Shown in pieces: positions 27,539 to 39,260 of a DNA stretch of 64,000 nt (position 1 is the stretch's first letter; every line of letters starts with the position of its first letter). The stretch spans positions 37,236 to 101,235 of the forward strand of contig DAICZW010000001.1 in assembly GCA_027310965.1 (NCBI GenBank), read 5' to 3'. The DNA is from a bacterium. Its GTDB lineage: Bacteria; Patescibacteriota; Minisyncoccia; UBA6257; 2-01-FULL-56-20. A program made the position numbers and the translations under genes. The notes under the pieces are model-generated. The model was not told where the DNA came from. It saw only the letters and a list, made by a program, of their open reading frames with translations, and did no database searches.

Positions 27539-27695
27539 ATTGTATCTTGTCCGGATAGGATTTTCTTGCATTCAGGCGTTTTTTTCTGTTATACTCCACT
27601 TAATAACGGCTTGTCCGCGCTTATTTTTTTGTTAAAACGGACGGGACACGCCTTATTTTTCAAGATAATCTTCAAAGACGGACTTTTAATAAAAC

Positions 27696-28451
27696 ATGTC
27701 TCCCCATATTTCCATCCGCGCCGAAGAGATTTTCAGTATAGCCGGATTTCCGGTCACGAACGCGCTGTTGCTTTCCGCGCTTGTTTTTATTATTTTTTGC
27801 GTTGCCGCGGTCGTGATCCGGCGGCGGCTTTCGTTGATACCGAATACTCTTCAAAGCATCGCCGAACTGATAATGGAAGGCGCTTTAGACATCGTGGATT
27901 CGGTACTGCTTGACCGTCGCAAGTCGGAAAAATATCTCCCGCTCGTGCTTACGATATTCCTTTTCGTGCTGTTTTCGAACTGGCTCGGCCTTTTGCCCGG
28001 CGTAGGATCGCTCATCGTTACGCGCGCCGGAGAAACCGTGCCGCTTTTCCGGTCGCCCGCAGCCGACCTCAATTTTACGATTGCGCTTGCGCTGATCACG
28101 GTCATTTTCGCGAACGTCATGGGCATCCTGACGATCGGCCTGCGGTCGCGCCTGTCGGTATTTTTCAATTTCAAAAGTCCGATCAAGTTTTTCGTCGGTA
28201 TCCTTGAACTCATCTCGGAATGTGCTAAAATTATCTCGCTCTCGTTCAGGCTGTTCGGCAATATTTTCGCGGGCGAAGTGCTTCTGACGATCATGGCGTT
28301 TCTCGTGCCGTATATCGCGCCGATGCCGTTCATATTCCTGGAGGTATTCGTCGGTTTCATCCAGGCATTCATCTTCGGGATGCTCACGCTTGTTTTCGTC
28401 AGTATGGCGATTGTCGACGAACACGGAGAAGAAACGCGCCGGCATGCGTGA
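27696..28451 (+). CDS. atpB: F0F1 ATP synthase subunit a
   Basis: LSFRLFGNIFAGEVLL with the conserved Arg. Confidence 0.9.
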   Translation: MSPHISIRAEEIFSIAGFPVTNALLLSALVFIIFCVAAVVIRRRLSLIPNTLQSIAELIMEGALDIVDSVLLDRRKSEKYLPLVLTIFLFVLFSNWLGLLPGVGSLIVTRAGETVPLFRSPAADLNFTIALALITVIFANVMGILTIGLRSRLSVFFNFKSPIKFFVGILELISECAKIISLSFRLFGNIFAGEVLLTIMAFLVPYIAPMPFIFLEVFVGFIQAFIFGMLTLVFVSMAIVDEHGEETRRHA

Positions 28452-28730
<279 letters not shown>

Positions 28731-28854
28731 AAAATCCGCGCAACCATTTTTTCGTCATGCGCGACTCCGGTCGGGAGTTCGCGTTTTCTAAAAGAGAAGA
28801 CGGGAAGCGCGGGTCGTCCGCTTTCGCGGACGATAACAGGAAAAATTCATCATC

Positions 28855-29349
28855 ATGCAAGAAATGTTCAGCCAATTGGGGATAGATTGGCGCCTGCTTA
28901 TAAGCCAGGCGGTGGATTTTTTCGTGCTGCTTTTCGTTTTATGGCTGCTTTTATACAAGCCGCTTCTGAAGCTGTTGCGCGACCGGCGGCAGAAGATCGA
29001 GGAAGGGATTGTAAAAGCGAAAATGGCCGACGTGCGGCTTTCGGAAGCGAACGAAACAAGCAAGGAAAAAATAAAAGAAGCCGAGGCGCAGGCGCTCGGT
29101 ATTTTGCGGAAGACGGAGAATGACGCGAAAGTCCTCGAAGCGAAACTTCTCGCGAAAGCGAAAGAAAAGGAGGCGGCGGCGTTGAAAGACATGGATGCCG
29201 TGCTTCGCGTCAAGGAAGATGCATCGCGGCGGGAGGTTTTGCGCGGCGCGCAATCGCTCGTGAAAGAATCGCTCGTGAAAATGGTCGAGCTTGATCCGTC
29301 GGCAATCGACGATGCCTTGATTGCAAGAGCGGTGAAAGAAGTGCAATAA
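28855..29349 (+). CDS. atpF: F0F1 ATP synthase subunit b
   Basis: One N-terminal TM helix followed by a long charged coiled coil. Confidence 0.85.
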   Translation: MQEMFSQLGIDWRLLISQAVDFFVLLFVLWLLLYKPLLKLLRDRRQKIEEGIVKAKMADVRLSEANETSKEKIKEAEAQALGILRKTENDAKVLEAKLLAKAKEKEAAALKDMDAVLRVKEDASRREVLRGAQSLVKESLVKMVELDPSAIDDALIARAVKEVQ

Positions 29350-29440
29350 AAACATTTTTTGTCGTCCCCGCGGAGGCGGGGATCCGCGCTTTAAGAAATT
29401 AAAATTGGAAGCACAGGTTTCCGCCTTCGCCGGAATGACA
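29350..29440. repeat. REP-like palindromic element in the atpF-atpH spacer
   Basis: TTGTCGTCCCCGCGGAGGCGGGGATCCGCGCTTTAAG ... GCCTTCGCCGGAATGACAGAGGG. Confidence 0.6.
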
Positions 29441-29478
29441 GAGGGAGCGGATTTTCATTTTGAACGAACCATTATAGT

Positions 29479-29856
29479 ATGAAATATCCCGTATTATTTT
29501 ACGCAAAAGCGCTTGCCATGGCGGTTGCCGAGGCGGGGAAAAGCGACGCCGTCGCGAAAAATTTTCTTGCATTGGTGCGCAGGAACGGAGACGGACGATA
29601 CCTGCCGAAGATCGTGCGGGAAAGCGAACGCCTGATGCGCAAACAGCACGGCGTGCGGGAGATAACAGTGGCGTCGGCGCGCGGACTCAAACAGCCGCCG
29701 CGGGCATTGCTCAAAAATTTTGCAAAACCTGAAGATGAAGTTTATGGTGTCATCATGCCGGAGCTTGTCGCGGGAGTGAAGATTATGGTGGACGGCGAGG
29801 CGCAATTCGACGGATCGCTGAAAGGGAAAATAGACAGGATGTTCAAAAATATATAA
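29479..29856 (+). CDS. atpH: F0F1 ATP synthase subunit delta (short, 125 aa)
   Basis: Position in the operon and an OSCP-like C-terminal region. The N-terminal domain is shortened. Confidence 0.6.
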   Translation: MKYPVLFYAKALAMAVAEAGKSDAVAKNFLALVRRNGDGRYLPKIVRESERLMRKQHGVREITVASARGLKQPPRALLKNFAKPEDEVYGVIMPELVAGVKIMVDGEAQFDGSLKGKIDRMFKNI

Positions 29857-29879
29857 GCTAAGAAACGATGCCATTCTCA

Positions 29880-29995
29880 TGGTGTCGTCCTCGCCCCTCG
29901 AAAACTCGGGAGGAACTCCGGCGGGGATTCACACTTTAAGAAATAAAGACTGAAAGCATGGGTCGTCCGCCTTCGCGGACGATGACAGAAGGGAT
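29880..29995. repeat. REP-like palindromic element in the atpH-atpA spacer
   Basis: GTGTCGTCCTCGCCCCTCG...GGGTCGTCCGCCTTCGCGGACGATGACAGAAGGG. Confidence 0.6.
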
Positions 29996-30016
29996 AGTTG
30001 ATGAAATATTAAAATT

Positions 30017-31540
30017 ATGAGTTACGAAATCATAGAAAAACTGAAAAAAGAGATAGAGGGTTTCAAGGACGATCCGAAGTGGGAGGAATTCGGGCGCGTG
30101 ATCGAGGTTGGCGACGGCATCGTGAAGATCGTCGGTTTGCGGAACGCCGTGAGTCAGGAGATTTTAAAAATACAAACGCCGCGCGGCGAGCGTACGGCGC
30201 TGGCGCTGAATCTTGAAGAAGAATCGATCGGCGCGCTTGTACTCGACGATTTTCTTGCGGTCGAGGTCGGCAATGAAGTAAAACGTACCGGCGATGTCTT
30301 GTCCATTCCGGTCGGCGAGGAACTTATCGGCCGCGTCGTTGATCCGCTGGGAAATCCTTTGGACGGCAAAGGGCCGATTTTCACGAAAACAAAACCGCAG
30401 TTCAATCCGCTTGAAGCGCGCGCGCCGTCGGTTCTGGAGCGTGAATCGGTCACGACGCCGCTGCATACGGGGCTGAAGGCGATCGATGCCATCATTCCCA
30501 TCGGCCGCGGACAGCGCGAACTTATCATCGGCGACCGGCAGGTCGGGAAAACGGCGATCGCGATCGATGCTATCATCAACCAGGCGCAGGAAACCGGAAA
30601 AAAGAAGCCGGTCTGCATTTATGTCGCCATCGGCCAGAAGGAATCCAAGGTCGTGAAGACCGCGGAGACCCTGAAAAAATTCGGCGCGTTCGAATACAGT
30701 ATTATCGTTTCGGCGCCGGCATCGTCGCCCGCGGCAATGTGGTATCTCGCGCCGTATGCGGGCTGCGCGATAGGGGAATATTTCCGCGATAAAGGGCAGG
30801 ACGCGCTGATTGTTTACGACGACCTTTCGAAACATGCGTGGGCGTACCGGCAGATCTCGCTGCTTCTGCGCCGGCCGCCGGGCCGCGAAGCGTATCCGGG
30901 CGATATTTTTTATCTCCATTCCCGTTTATTGGAACGCGCCGCGAGACTTTCAAAAGAAAAAGGCGGCGGGTCGCTGACGGCATTGCCGATCGTGGAGACC
31001 CAGCTCGGCGACGTGACGGCGTACGTTCCGACGAACATCATTTCCATAACCGACGGGCAGATTTATCTCGAATCGGATCTTTTCAACCAGGGATTGCGGC
31101 CAGCGCTGAATGTCGGCATTTCCGTTTCACGCGTCGGTTCGGCCGCGCAGACGAAGGCGATGAAAAAAGTCGCCGGAAAATTGCGGCTCTCGCTCGCGCA
31201 GTTCCGCGAATTGCAGGCATTCGTGCAGTTCGCGACGGATGTGGATGATGCGACGAAGAAAAAGATCCTCCAGGGGCAGAAGATCAACGAGATTCTGAAG
31301 CAGGAAGACCTTGCGCCGTTGCCGTTCGAGAAACAGGTGTGCGTTTTTTACGCGGTGCTCAATGGTTATTTCGAGCATATCGCCGTGGAAAACATAAAAG
31401 AGACCGAAAACCGCTTACTCGAATACCTCGGAGAGTTTCACGAAGCCGATGTTTTGAAGCCGATCCGCGAGACCGGCGAATTCACGGAACAAGTCGAAAC
31501 CAAATTAAAAGAAGTGATAGGAAAATTCTTGGGAAAGTAA
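30017..31540 (+). CDS. atpA: F0F1 ATP synthase subunit alpha
   Basis: [19 protein letters not shown]-loop and [29 protein letters not shown]. Confidence 0.95.
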   Translation: MSYEIIEKLKKEIEGFKDDPKWEEFGRVIEVGDGIVKIVGLRNAVSQEILKIQTPRGERTALALNLEEESIGALVLDDFLAVEVGNEVKRTGDVLSIPVGEELIGRVVDPLGNPLDGKGPIFTKTKPQFNPLEARAPSVLERESVTTPLHTGLKAIDAIIPIGRGQRELIIGDRQVGKTAIAIDAIINQAQETGKKKPVCIYVAIGQKESKVVKTAETLKKFGAFEYSIIVSAPASSPAAMWYLAPYAGCAIGEYFRDKGQDALIVYDDLSKHAWAYRQISLLLRRPPGREAYPGDIFYLHSRLLERAARLSKEKGGGSLTALPIVETQLGDVTAYVPTNIISITDGQIYLESDLFNQGLRPALNVGISVSRVGSAAQTKAMKKVAGKLRLSLAQFRELQAFVQFATDVDDATKKKILQGQKINEILKQEDLAPLPFEKQVCVFYAVLNGYFEHIAVENIKETENRLLEYLGEFHEADVLKPIRETGEFTEQVETKLKEVIGKFLGK

Positions 31541-31544
31541 CCAT

Positions 31545-31690
31545 TCTGTCGTCTTTGCGGAGGCGAGGATCCATGCTTTAGGCGTAGAAAACGGAAGGCA
31601 GAAAGTAGGAAGTAAGAAGGAAGTATGGATCCTCGACCAGAGCATGCTCTTGACCTAATCGAGGGTCGAGAACGGCGAAGGAGAGAAATT
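31545..31690. repeat. REP-like palindromic element pair in the atpA-atpG spacer
   Basis: CTGTCGTCTTTGCGGAGGCGAGGATCCATGCTTTAGG ... GGATCCTCGACCAGAGC. Confidence 0.6.
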
Positions 31691-31748
31691 TCCCTCATCG
31701 CTAAAGACTTCACGCCACTTTTCATTGTCAACTTTTGATTATTATCCA

Positions 31749-32684
31749 ATGGAATCTCTCCAAAATCTCAAGCGGCGCCTGAAGGGGGCGCAGAATATCG
31801 GGACGATCACGAAAGCGATGGAGCTTGTCGAGGTTACGAAAATGCGCAAAAGCCAGGAATACGCGCTCAATTCGCGTCCGTATTCGTATACCGCGCTCGG
31901 CATTTTGGGGATTCTTTCCATGCAGGTATATTCGCCACTGCCGAAACTTTTACGCGGGCGTCCGGTCAGGAAGACAGCGTTCATGCTTATCGCTTCGGAT
32001 AAGGGTCTTGCCGGATCGTTCAACAGCGCGGTCATCCGCAAATTTGAAAGTTTCATCCGCGCGCACGCTATCGACGTGTACGAAAAAAAATATTCCTTTA
32101 TCGCCGTCGGCCAGAAGGCGCGCGCCTATTGCGAACGCAGGAATCTTGCTCTTGCGCAGTCGTTCCGCCACATGGGCGATGCTTCAAAAATGGAAGAAGT
32201 GGAACCGATCGCCGATTTTTTGATCAAGGGCTACCTGCGGGAGGATTTCGACGAAGTAATCTTGTTTTCAACGGGTTTCGTGAGCGCTTTGCGTCAGGAT
32301 CCCATCATGCGCCAGCTCTTTCCGGTCACGTTCGCGAAAATAAAAGAAAGTATCGAGGAAACCGTTCCGCGGGCGGGGCGTTATTCGCACTATATCGATA
32401 TCGAATCCCTCGCGGGGCGGCAGAACGGGGACTATCTTATCGAGCCGTCCGCGAACGAAGTCATGGAAGAGCTTGCTCCCAAGCTTTTAAAAATACAACT
32501 GTACCATCTTATACTCGAGGCGAACGCGTCGGAACATTCGGCGCGGCGCGTGGCGATGAAGAACGCTTCGGAGAACGCCGAAGACCTTTCGGAAAAACTG
32601 AACGTCGTATATAATAAATCCCGCCAAGCGGCGATCACGAACGCGATTATCGAAGTGACGTCGGGCGCGGAAGCGGCGGCATAA
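31749..32684 (+). CDS. atpG: F0F1 ATP synthase subunit gamma
   Basis: MESLQNLKRRLKGAQNIGTITKAMELVEVTKMRK N-terminus. The start was moved from the ORF-track 31725 to the homologous Met. Confidence 0.9.
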   Translation: MESLQNLKRRLKGAQNIGTITKAMELVEVTKMRKSQEYALNSRPYSYTALGILGILSMQVYSPLPKLLRGRPVRKTAFMLIASDKGLAGSFNSAVIRKFESFIRAHAIDVYEKKYSFIAVGQKARAYCERRNLALAQSFRHMGDASKMEEVEPIADFLIKGYLREDFDEVILFSTGFVSALRQDPIMRQLFPVTFAKIKESIEETVPRAGRYSHYIDIESLAGRQNGDYLIEPSANEVMEELAPKLLKIQLYHLILEANASEHSARRVAMKNASENAEDLSEKLNVVYNKSRQAAITNAIIEVTSGAEAAA

Positions 32685-34199
<1,515 letters not shown>

Positions 34200-34202
34200 T
34201 TC

Positions 34203-34345
34203 CTGCATTCTCTGTCGTCCTCGCCCTATGGAGTGGCGGCTTCGCCTACTCCATAGGGCGAGGATCTACGCTTGAAACGTATAATACAAAAAGCAGAATG
34301 GAGAAAGAGAAGATGGAAGCATGGATCCTCGACCGGGGCGAGGAC
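34203..34345. repeat. REP-like palindromic element pair in the atpD-atpC spacer
   Basis: TCTGTCGTCCTCGCCCTATGGAGTGGCGGCTTCGCCTACTCCATAGGGCGAGGATC ... GGATCCTCGACCGGGGCGAGGACGACGG. Confidence 0.65.
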
Positions 34346-34439
34346 GACGGAAAAAGAATTTTAATTTTTAATCGCTAATAACTTTTCACTTTTCACTATT
34401 AACTTCTTCGCGCTTTTCACTAATAACTTTTCACTTCTC

Positions 34440-34688
34440 ATGACTCTCGGCGTTTATTCATTGGAAAAAGTCCTCTATCGCGGCGAGGCGGTTTCGGTGA
34501 ATTGCGCGACCGCGATGGGGGAAATCACGATCCTCGACCATCACCAGCAAATGATTTCCATTTTAAAAAAAGGCGTGATGAAAATAGTTGACAATAATGG
34601 TAAAGAGCATTATATTAATGTCAGCTCTGGTTTCCTGGAAGTGGGTTCCGGGAACGAAATTAAAATTTTAATAGAAGAGGTATTGTAA
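34440..34688 (+). CDS. atpC: F0F1 ATP synthase subunit epsilon (N-terminal beta-sandwich domain only, 82 aa)
   Basis: SLEKVLYRGEAVSVNCATAMGEITILDHHQQMISILKKGVMKI. The C-terminal helical hairpin is absent. Confidence 0.8.
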   Translation: MTLGVYSLEKVLYRGEAVSVNCATAMGEITILDHHQQMISILKKGVMKIVDNNGKEHYINVSSGFLEVGSGNEIKILIEEVL

Positions 34689-34698
34689 GGAGGGCACC

Positions 34699-35283
34699 GT
34701 GAAGAAAGAATATGAAGGCCGTTTAAAATTGTCGATTGAAGACCGCAATCTAGTAAGGAAACTTCGAATGGACGGTGTTTTGGATGATGCAAAAGGACAT
34801 TTTCTCGACCAGAATAATGGAATTATCCTGGTAACGTGCTCCGACGGGGATCAATTCTTCGATATTTTTGAACACCAGGCCCAGATGCAGGCGGGCCAAC
34901 AGCCTGCCGATCCGCGCATCCATACTTTTGGATGGCATGGCGGGGCACTCGCCTGTGCGCCCTGCTCGCCGATAAACGAGAGAAAAAAAGCCGATCTGGT
35001 TTTCCTCGACCAGATCAAAGCCGCTCGTAAAATGAAAAACATCGACATGGTGGCGCTTTATACGCACGCACCCTGCGGTGCGGCAAGCGGGAACGGTGTG
35101 AATCTCGTAAAGGCCTTTGCCCTGCAAGCCGGAGCAAAGGTAAAAATAAAAACCTTGAACAGGGGCATCAAGGTAGCTTGTTTTTTCCATGTTGATTACG
35201 GGAATGGCGTAAAGAGAACGTATTTTTTTTCGCGCAGAAAGTGGGATGCATGGGCGCGCGAGAACGCGAAGGAAGAGCGATAA
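34699..35283 (+). CDS. Cys/His-rich hypothetical protein translationally coupled to atpC; weak beta-carbonic-anhydrase-like motif pair (CSDGD ... HAPCG)
   Basis: Starts 11 nt after the atpC stop behind a GGAGGG RBS. Motifs VTCSDGD and YTHAPCGAASG resemble the beta-CA CxDxR/HxxCG zinc site, but the Arg is replaced and the spacing is longer. Confidence 0.45.
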   Translation: MKKEYEGRLKLSIEDRNLVRKLRMDGVLDDAKGHFLDQNNGIILVTCSDGDQFFDIFEHQAQMQAGQQPADPRIHTFGWHGGALACAPCSPINERKKADLVFLDQIKAARKMKNIDMVALYTHAPCGAASGNGVNLVKAFALQAGAKVKIKTLNRGIKVACFFHVDYGNGVKRTYFFSRRKWDAWARENAKEER

Positions 35284-35577
35284 CGGCTGTTATCGTCGCA
35301 GAGGTATGAAGTGATGCTTGATGCTATCTAAGATAATAATTTCGTCATTTTCGGGCCGCACATTTTCCGTGCGGCCCTTTTTATTTTTATTTTCGCGCCG
35401 CTGTCGAAAATAAGCAGGATTTTTGCCGTTTCCCCTCGCGGAGGAGGATCCGCACTTCCGGTCTTTTCCTTTGAATTTTCAAATCGCGGATATTCAGTAA
35501 GGCCGATGATGGCGGGAATGGAAATATGGATTTATGTTTGCGTGAAGACGACGGAACGGAAACCGGACGACGCCGGA

Positions 35578-37155
35578 TTACAAATCGTTGCCCGTATACG
35601 AAAGATTGAAGCTCTTGTTGATGAGGGGAAAATCGGGAACCATATTGCCCTGGCCCGCATAACCGAGGATGGTCCAGTTCAAAAAAGAAGGATCGCGGAC
35701 ATCCACGCCGCTTATTTCGCCGCGCGGGCCGGTCGTTATGAAATAGACGATATCGCCGCGCCATCCTTCAACGATGCCGACCGCAGTAGCGTCTTTTTTG
35801 AGATTGATTTTATCGATTGCCGCCGCGGCAGTCCCGTCGGGAATTTTTTTCAAAGCTTCCGTGATAAGACGGTGGGATGCGTACGCTTCTTCAATGCGGA
35901 CATGGAAACGCGCGTACACGTCGCCGCTTTGATAGAGGGGAATTTTCGGTATAAGCCGGTCATAGGCGGCATATGGATAATCGATCCGCGCGTCCTTGTT
36001 GATGCCGACGGCTTTTCCCGCGACGCCGATAACGCCGTGGTTTTTCGCCTCATCGTACGGCGTCACGCCGGTTTCTTTCAGGCGGTTGATAAGCGAAGAA
36101 CTTTGCTCCGCGACCGCAATCACTTCCGAAAAATCTTTTATGATAGCGTCAAGTTCGCCGATGAGTCGCTGTTTCGTTCCCATTGCGATGTCTTTGGTAA
36201 CGCCGCCGATCGTATTGACGCCTCTCAAAAAACGGCTTCCGGTCGTCCGTTCGTTGATCTGCATGATCATTTCCCGCAGCCGCGCCCCGTGCGCTCCGCC
36301 GAAATTGAATCCGGTATCAAGCATGATGGCGCCGATGTCGCCGAAATGATTCGCCAACCGTTCCAGTTCGGCATAGACCGTCCTCAAATAGCGCGCCCGT
36401 TCAGGGACGTCGATGCCCGCCAATCGTTCGATGGCCTGCGAGAACGCGAGCGAATGGCTGAACGAGCTGTCTCCGGAAATTTTTTCCGACAAGCGGAGTT
36501 TTCCCTCAAGCGGGAGAATCCCGAATAATTTTACGCTGCCTTTATGGGTATATCCGAGCCGCGGTTCGAGCAGGACGATTTCTTCTCCCGCGACGCTGAA
36601 CCGGAAATGCCCCGGTTCGATGATACCGGCATGGATAGGCCCTACCGAAATCTCATAGATGCCTTCTCCCGCGACTTTTTGGAAATCGTATCGTTCGCGC
36701 GCGATCGCCGGTCTTGTTTGCCAGTTGAAATCATTGCGCAAAGGAAAAACGCCGCGCGGCCAATTTTCATGCAGGATCATGGCTTCTTTTTTCGGATGTC
36801 CCGCGGGATCCAGTCCGAAAAAAGTTTTTATTTTTCGTTCGTAGTTCCACGCTTCGTGGATGAACGGGGAGACCGACGGGAACTCATCCGCATTTTTTAC
36901 GCATATGAACGGAACAAGGAAAATATTTTCTTTCGGCGCGCCGAAGACATACCAGATTTTAAAATAACCGCTTTCATTTCTTTCGTCCGTCGCGGTGATG
37001 ATTTTGAGCGACAATGCTTCGTCCGCGTACATCTCTTTTATCGTCGCGACGATGGTATCGATAGGCACTTCAAAAGTAGCCGTATTTTCGGACGGGTCAA
37101 AATGGAAATTTTCGGGAAGATATTTTTTCAGTTTTTGGGGGATGGCGTGCGTCAT
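35578..37155 (-). CDS. Fused NuoC/NuoD-like (HycE/HyfG-like) large subunit of an Ehr-type complex; NiFe-binding cysteines absent
   Basis: N-terminal 30-kDa-subunit-like domain, then GPIHAGIIEPGHFRF...EPRLGYTHKGSVK (NuoD-like HRGxEK region, with no RxCGxC). C-terminus ...SFNLSYTGNDL lacks DPCxxC. Confidence 0.8.
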   Translation of the reverse strand: MTHAIPQKLKKYLPENFHFDPSENTATFEVPIDTIVATIKEMYADEALSLKIITATDERNESGYFKIWYVFGAPKENIFLVPFICVKNADEFPSVSPFIHEAWNYERKIKTFFGLDPAGHPKKEAMILHENWPRGVFPLRNDFNWQTRPAIARERYDFQKVAGEGIYEISVGPIHAGIIEPGHFRFSVAGEEIVLLEPRLGYTHKGSVKLFGILPLEGKLRLSEKISGDSSFSHSLAFSQAIERLAGIDVPERARYLRTVYAELERLANHFGDIGAIMLDTGFNFGGAHGARLREMIMQINERTTGSRFLRGVNTIGGVTKDIAMGTKQRLIGELDAIIKDFSEVIAVAEQSSSLINRLKETGVTPYDEAKNHGVIGVAGKAVGINKDARIDYPYAAYDRLIPKIPLYQSGDVYARFHVRIEEAYASHRLITEALKKIPDGTAAAAIDKINLKKDATAVGIVEGWRGDIVYFITTGPRGEISGVDVRDPSFLNWTILGYAGQGNMVPDFPLINKSFNLSYTGNDL

Positions 37156-37163
37156 AGCGGTTA

Positions 37164-38603
37164 TTAATAGGCTGCGGCGGCATTATGCAGCAAGGTGATA
37201 AGGAACGGCGGCAGAGAGAAACTAAAGCAGATGAAAATAATGACGAGCGCGAGCGGCGGAATGAGGATCCAATAATTCCGTTCTCCGGAACCGGAACCGA
37301 CGTCATCCGGCCGTTCGCCGAACATCATCGATGACGTATGTTTCAGGAATCCGGCGAAGACCAGCGCGAACGCAAGGATTGCGACGGCGGTAATCACGGG
37401 ATGCATGCCAATGCCGCCGGCCAAAATGGAAAACTCGGTCAAAAATATGCCGGACGGCGGCACGCCGGTGATGGCCAGGAATCCGACGATGAAAAGTATG
37501 CCCGTTATCGGCAGCGCCGCAAGCGCCCCCCGTACCTGTTTTATTTTGGTCGTGCTGTATTTCAAAAAGATATTTCCGGAGGAAAGGAACAGCGCCGGTT
37601 TCACGAGGGCGTGATAGACCATATGAAGAACGGCGGCAAGCGCGGCCAGTCCGCCGAATCCGAAGCCGAGCGCGACAATTCCCATATTTTCGATGCTGGA
37701 ATATGCCAGAAGCCGTTTGTAATTTTTTTGCGTCAAGATGGTGAATGCGGCCAAAATAATCGAAGCAAGCCCGAACCAGATCAGAAGCGTCTGGGAAAAG
37801 TGTACGCCGAGGACGCTGTCCGTGACTGCCTTGAAGCGGATGATCGCGAGGAATGCCACGTTGAGCAGGACGCCCGAAAGCAAAGCGCTGATCGGAACCG
37901 GCGCTTTGCTGTGCGCGTCGGGAAGCCATGTGTGCATGGGCACCAGGCCGGCTTTCGTGCCGTATCCTATAAGGACGAATATAAAAGCGATTTTCGCGAC
38001 GGCGGGATTAAGATGCCCGGCATTCGCAAAAAGCATTCCCCAGCTGACGAGTCCGGTTCCGTGGATGGACGTGAAGTAGAGTAGCGTTCCGAAAAAACCG
38101 AGCAACAAACCGACCGAATTGACCATCAGATATTTCCATGCCGCTTCCATCGCCGACGGCTTATTGTAAAAACTAATCAGGAATGCCGTCGAGAGCGTCG
38201 TTGCCTCTATCGAAATCCACATGATGATCGGATTGACCGTGGCGACGGCAAAGAACATCGCCAAAAGGAACAGGTTGAACAAAATAAAATATTGTTTGAC
38301 TCTGCGGAAGCCGATGATATTTTTTGCGGTCTCTTCCCGGAGATATCCTTTGGAATAGAACGCCGTGGCGACTCCGACCGCGGCGACGGCGAGCATGATG
38401 ATCGCGCCCAGCGCGTCGACGGAAAAAAGCGGCAAAAAACTGTACGTTCCGAAAGAAGCGACCTCTATCGCGATTGCGACCGCCGCCCCGAACGAGCAAA
38501 GCGAAGCGGCGATCGAAACGGTTTCGATTGTTTTTCTTTGTCTGCTTGCGATGCCCGTAAGCGCCGCAACGAACAATGACGCGATGATAATGACGATGGC
38601 CAT
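37164..38603 (-). CDS. NuoN/NuoM/HyfF-like proton-translocating antiporter-type membrane subunit
   Basis: 479 aa, ~14 TM segments, PF00361-like core (WLPDAHSKAPVPISALL...). Confidence 0.8.
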   Translation of the reverse strand: MAIVIIIASLFVAALTGIASRQRKTIETVSIAASLCSFGAAVAIAIEVASFGTYSFLPLFSVDALGAIIMLAVAAVGVATAFYSKGYLREETAKNIIGFRRVKQYFILFNLFLLAMFFAVATVNPIIMWISIEATTLSTAFLISFYNKPSAMEAAWKYLMVNSVGLLLGFFGTLLYFTSIHGTGLVSWGMLFANAGHLNPAVAKIAFIFVLIGYGTKAGLVPMHTWLPDAHSKAPVPISALLSGVLLNVAFLAIIRFKAVTDSVLGVHFSQTLLIWFGLASIILAAFTILTQKNYKRLLAYSSIENMGIVALGFGFGGLAALAAVLHMVYHALVKPALFLSSGNIFLKYSTTKIKQVRGALAALPITGILFIVGFLAITGVPPSGIFLTEFSILAGGIGMHPVITAVAILAFALVFAGFLKHTSSMMFGERPDDVGSGSGERNYWILIPPLALVIIFICFSFSLPPFLITLLHNAAAAY

Positions 38604-38607
38604 GTGA

Positions 38608-39258
38608 TTATTCTTCTTTTAAATGTTTCATCACGGTGGTTTCGAACGAGCCGAAATGGCGGTAGATCATCGACGCGAATATGGATGCGATGGTCACCCA
38701 GATGACAAGATTGAACATAATGCCCGCCTGAAGCGCCGGCGATTGTTCCAATCCCGAGAGAACGGAAAACGCCACAATCCCGTTTTCAAGAGAAAGAATG
38801 CCGACCATCTGGGATAAGATGCCCTTGCGGTTGATGATAAGCAGGAACGCTATCAGCATGACGGCGATGGCGAGTGTTATCATCGGCGCATGGTCCGGCA
38901 TGATGGCGACCAGCGGCGCGAATATCCGCGAATGCGCGAGCGCCGCCAGAAGCGCAACGGCCAAAAGGCTGAGCGGCACGTTCAAATAAGTGCTGGCGGA
39001 GAAGGTGAGGCGGTGCTTTTTTATCAATCGCGTGAAGAACAAAGGAGCGAAGACGACTTTGACGGCAAAGGTCAGAAGCGCGATCATGGCAAGCGACACG
39101 GCGTGCGTTTCGAAAAAAGAACCGAATAGGATCAGGGTTATTGCCGCGGATTGTATGGCGTAAAGCGCGATGACCATTGAGTTTTTTCTCGTCACGTGCA
39201 AAAAAACAACCGTGAGAAAAACGATGATTACGAAGAATGATAAAAAGTTATATGCCAT
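38608..39258 (-). CDS. HyfE-like small membrane subunit (216 aa)
   Basis: 7-TM protein the same length as E. coli HyfE, in the position between the NuoH-like and NuoN-like genes of hyf-type operons. Confidence 0.55.
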   Translation of the reverse strand: MAYNFLSFFVIIVFLTVVFLHVTRKNSMVIALYAIQSAAITLILFGSFFETHAVSLAMIALLTFAVKVVFAPLFFTRLIKKHRLTFSASTYLNVPLSLLAVALLAALAHSRIFAPLVAIMPDHAPMITLAIAVMLIAFLLIINRKGILSQMVGILSLENGIVAFSVLSGLEQSPALQAGIMFNLVIWVTIASIFASMIYRHFGSFETTVMKHLKEE

Positions 39259-39260
39259 GA

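Noticed and set aside
30164-30919. 251-aa minus-strand ORF
   Set aside because: Antisense to atpA.
35506-36528. 340-aa plus-strand ORF
   Set aside because: It lies entirely antisense to the well-supported NuoCD-like gene. Its translation is Arg/Asp-rich and low-complexity, typical of the antisense frame of a GC-rich gene.
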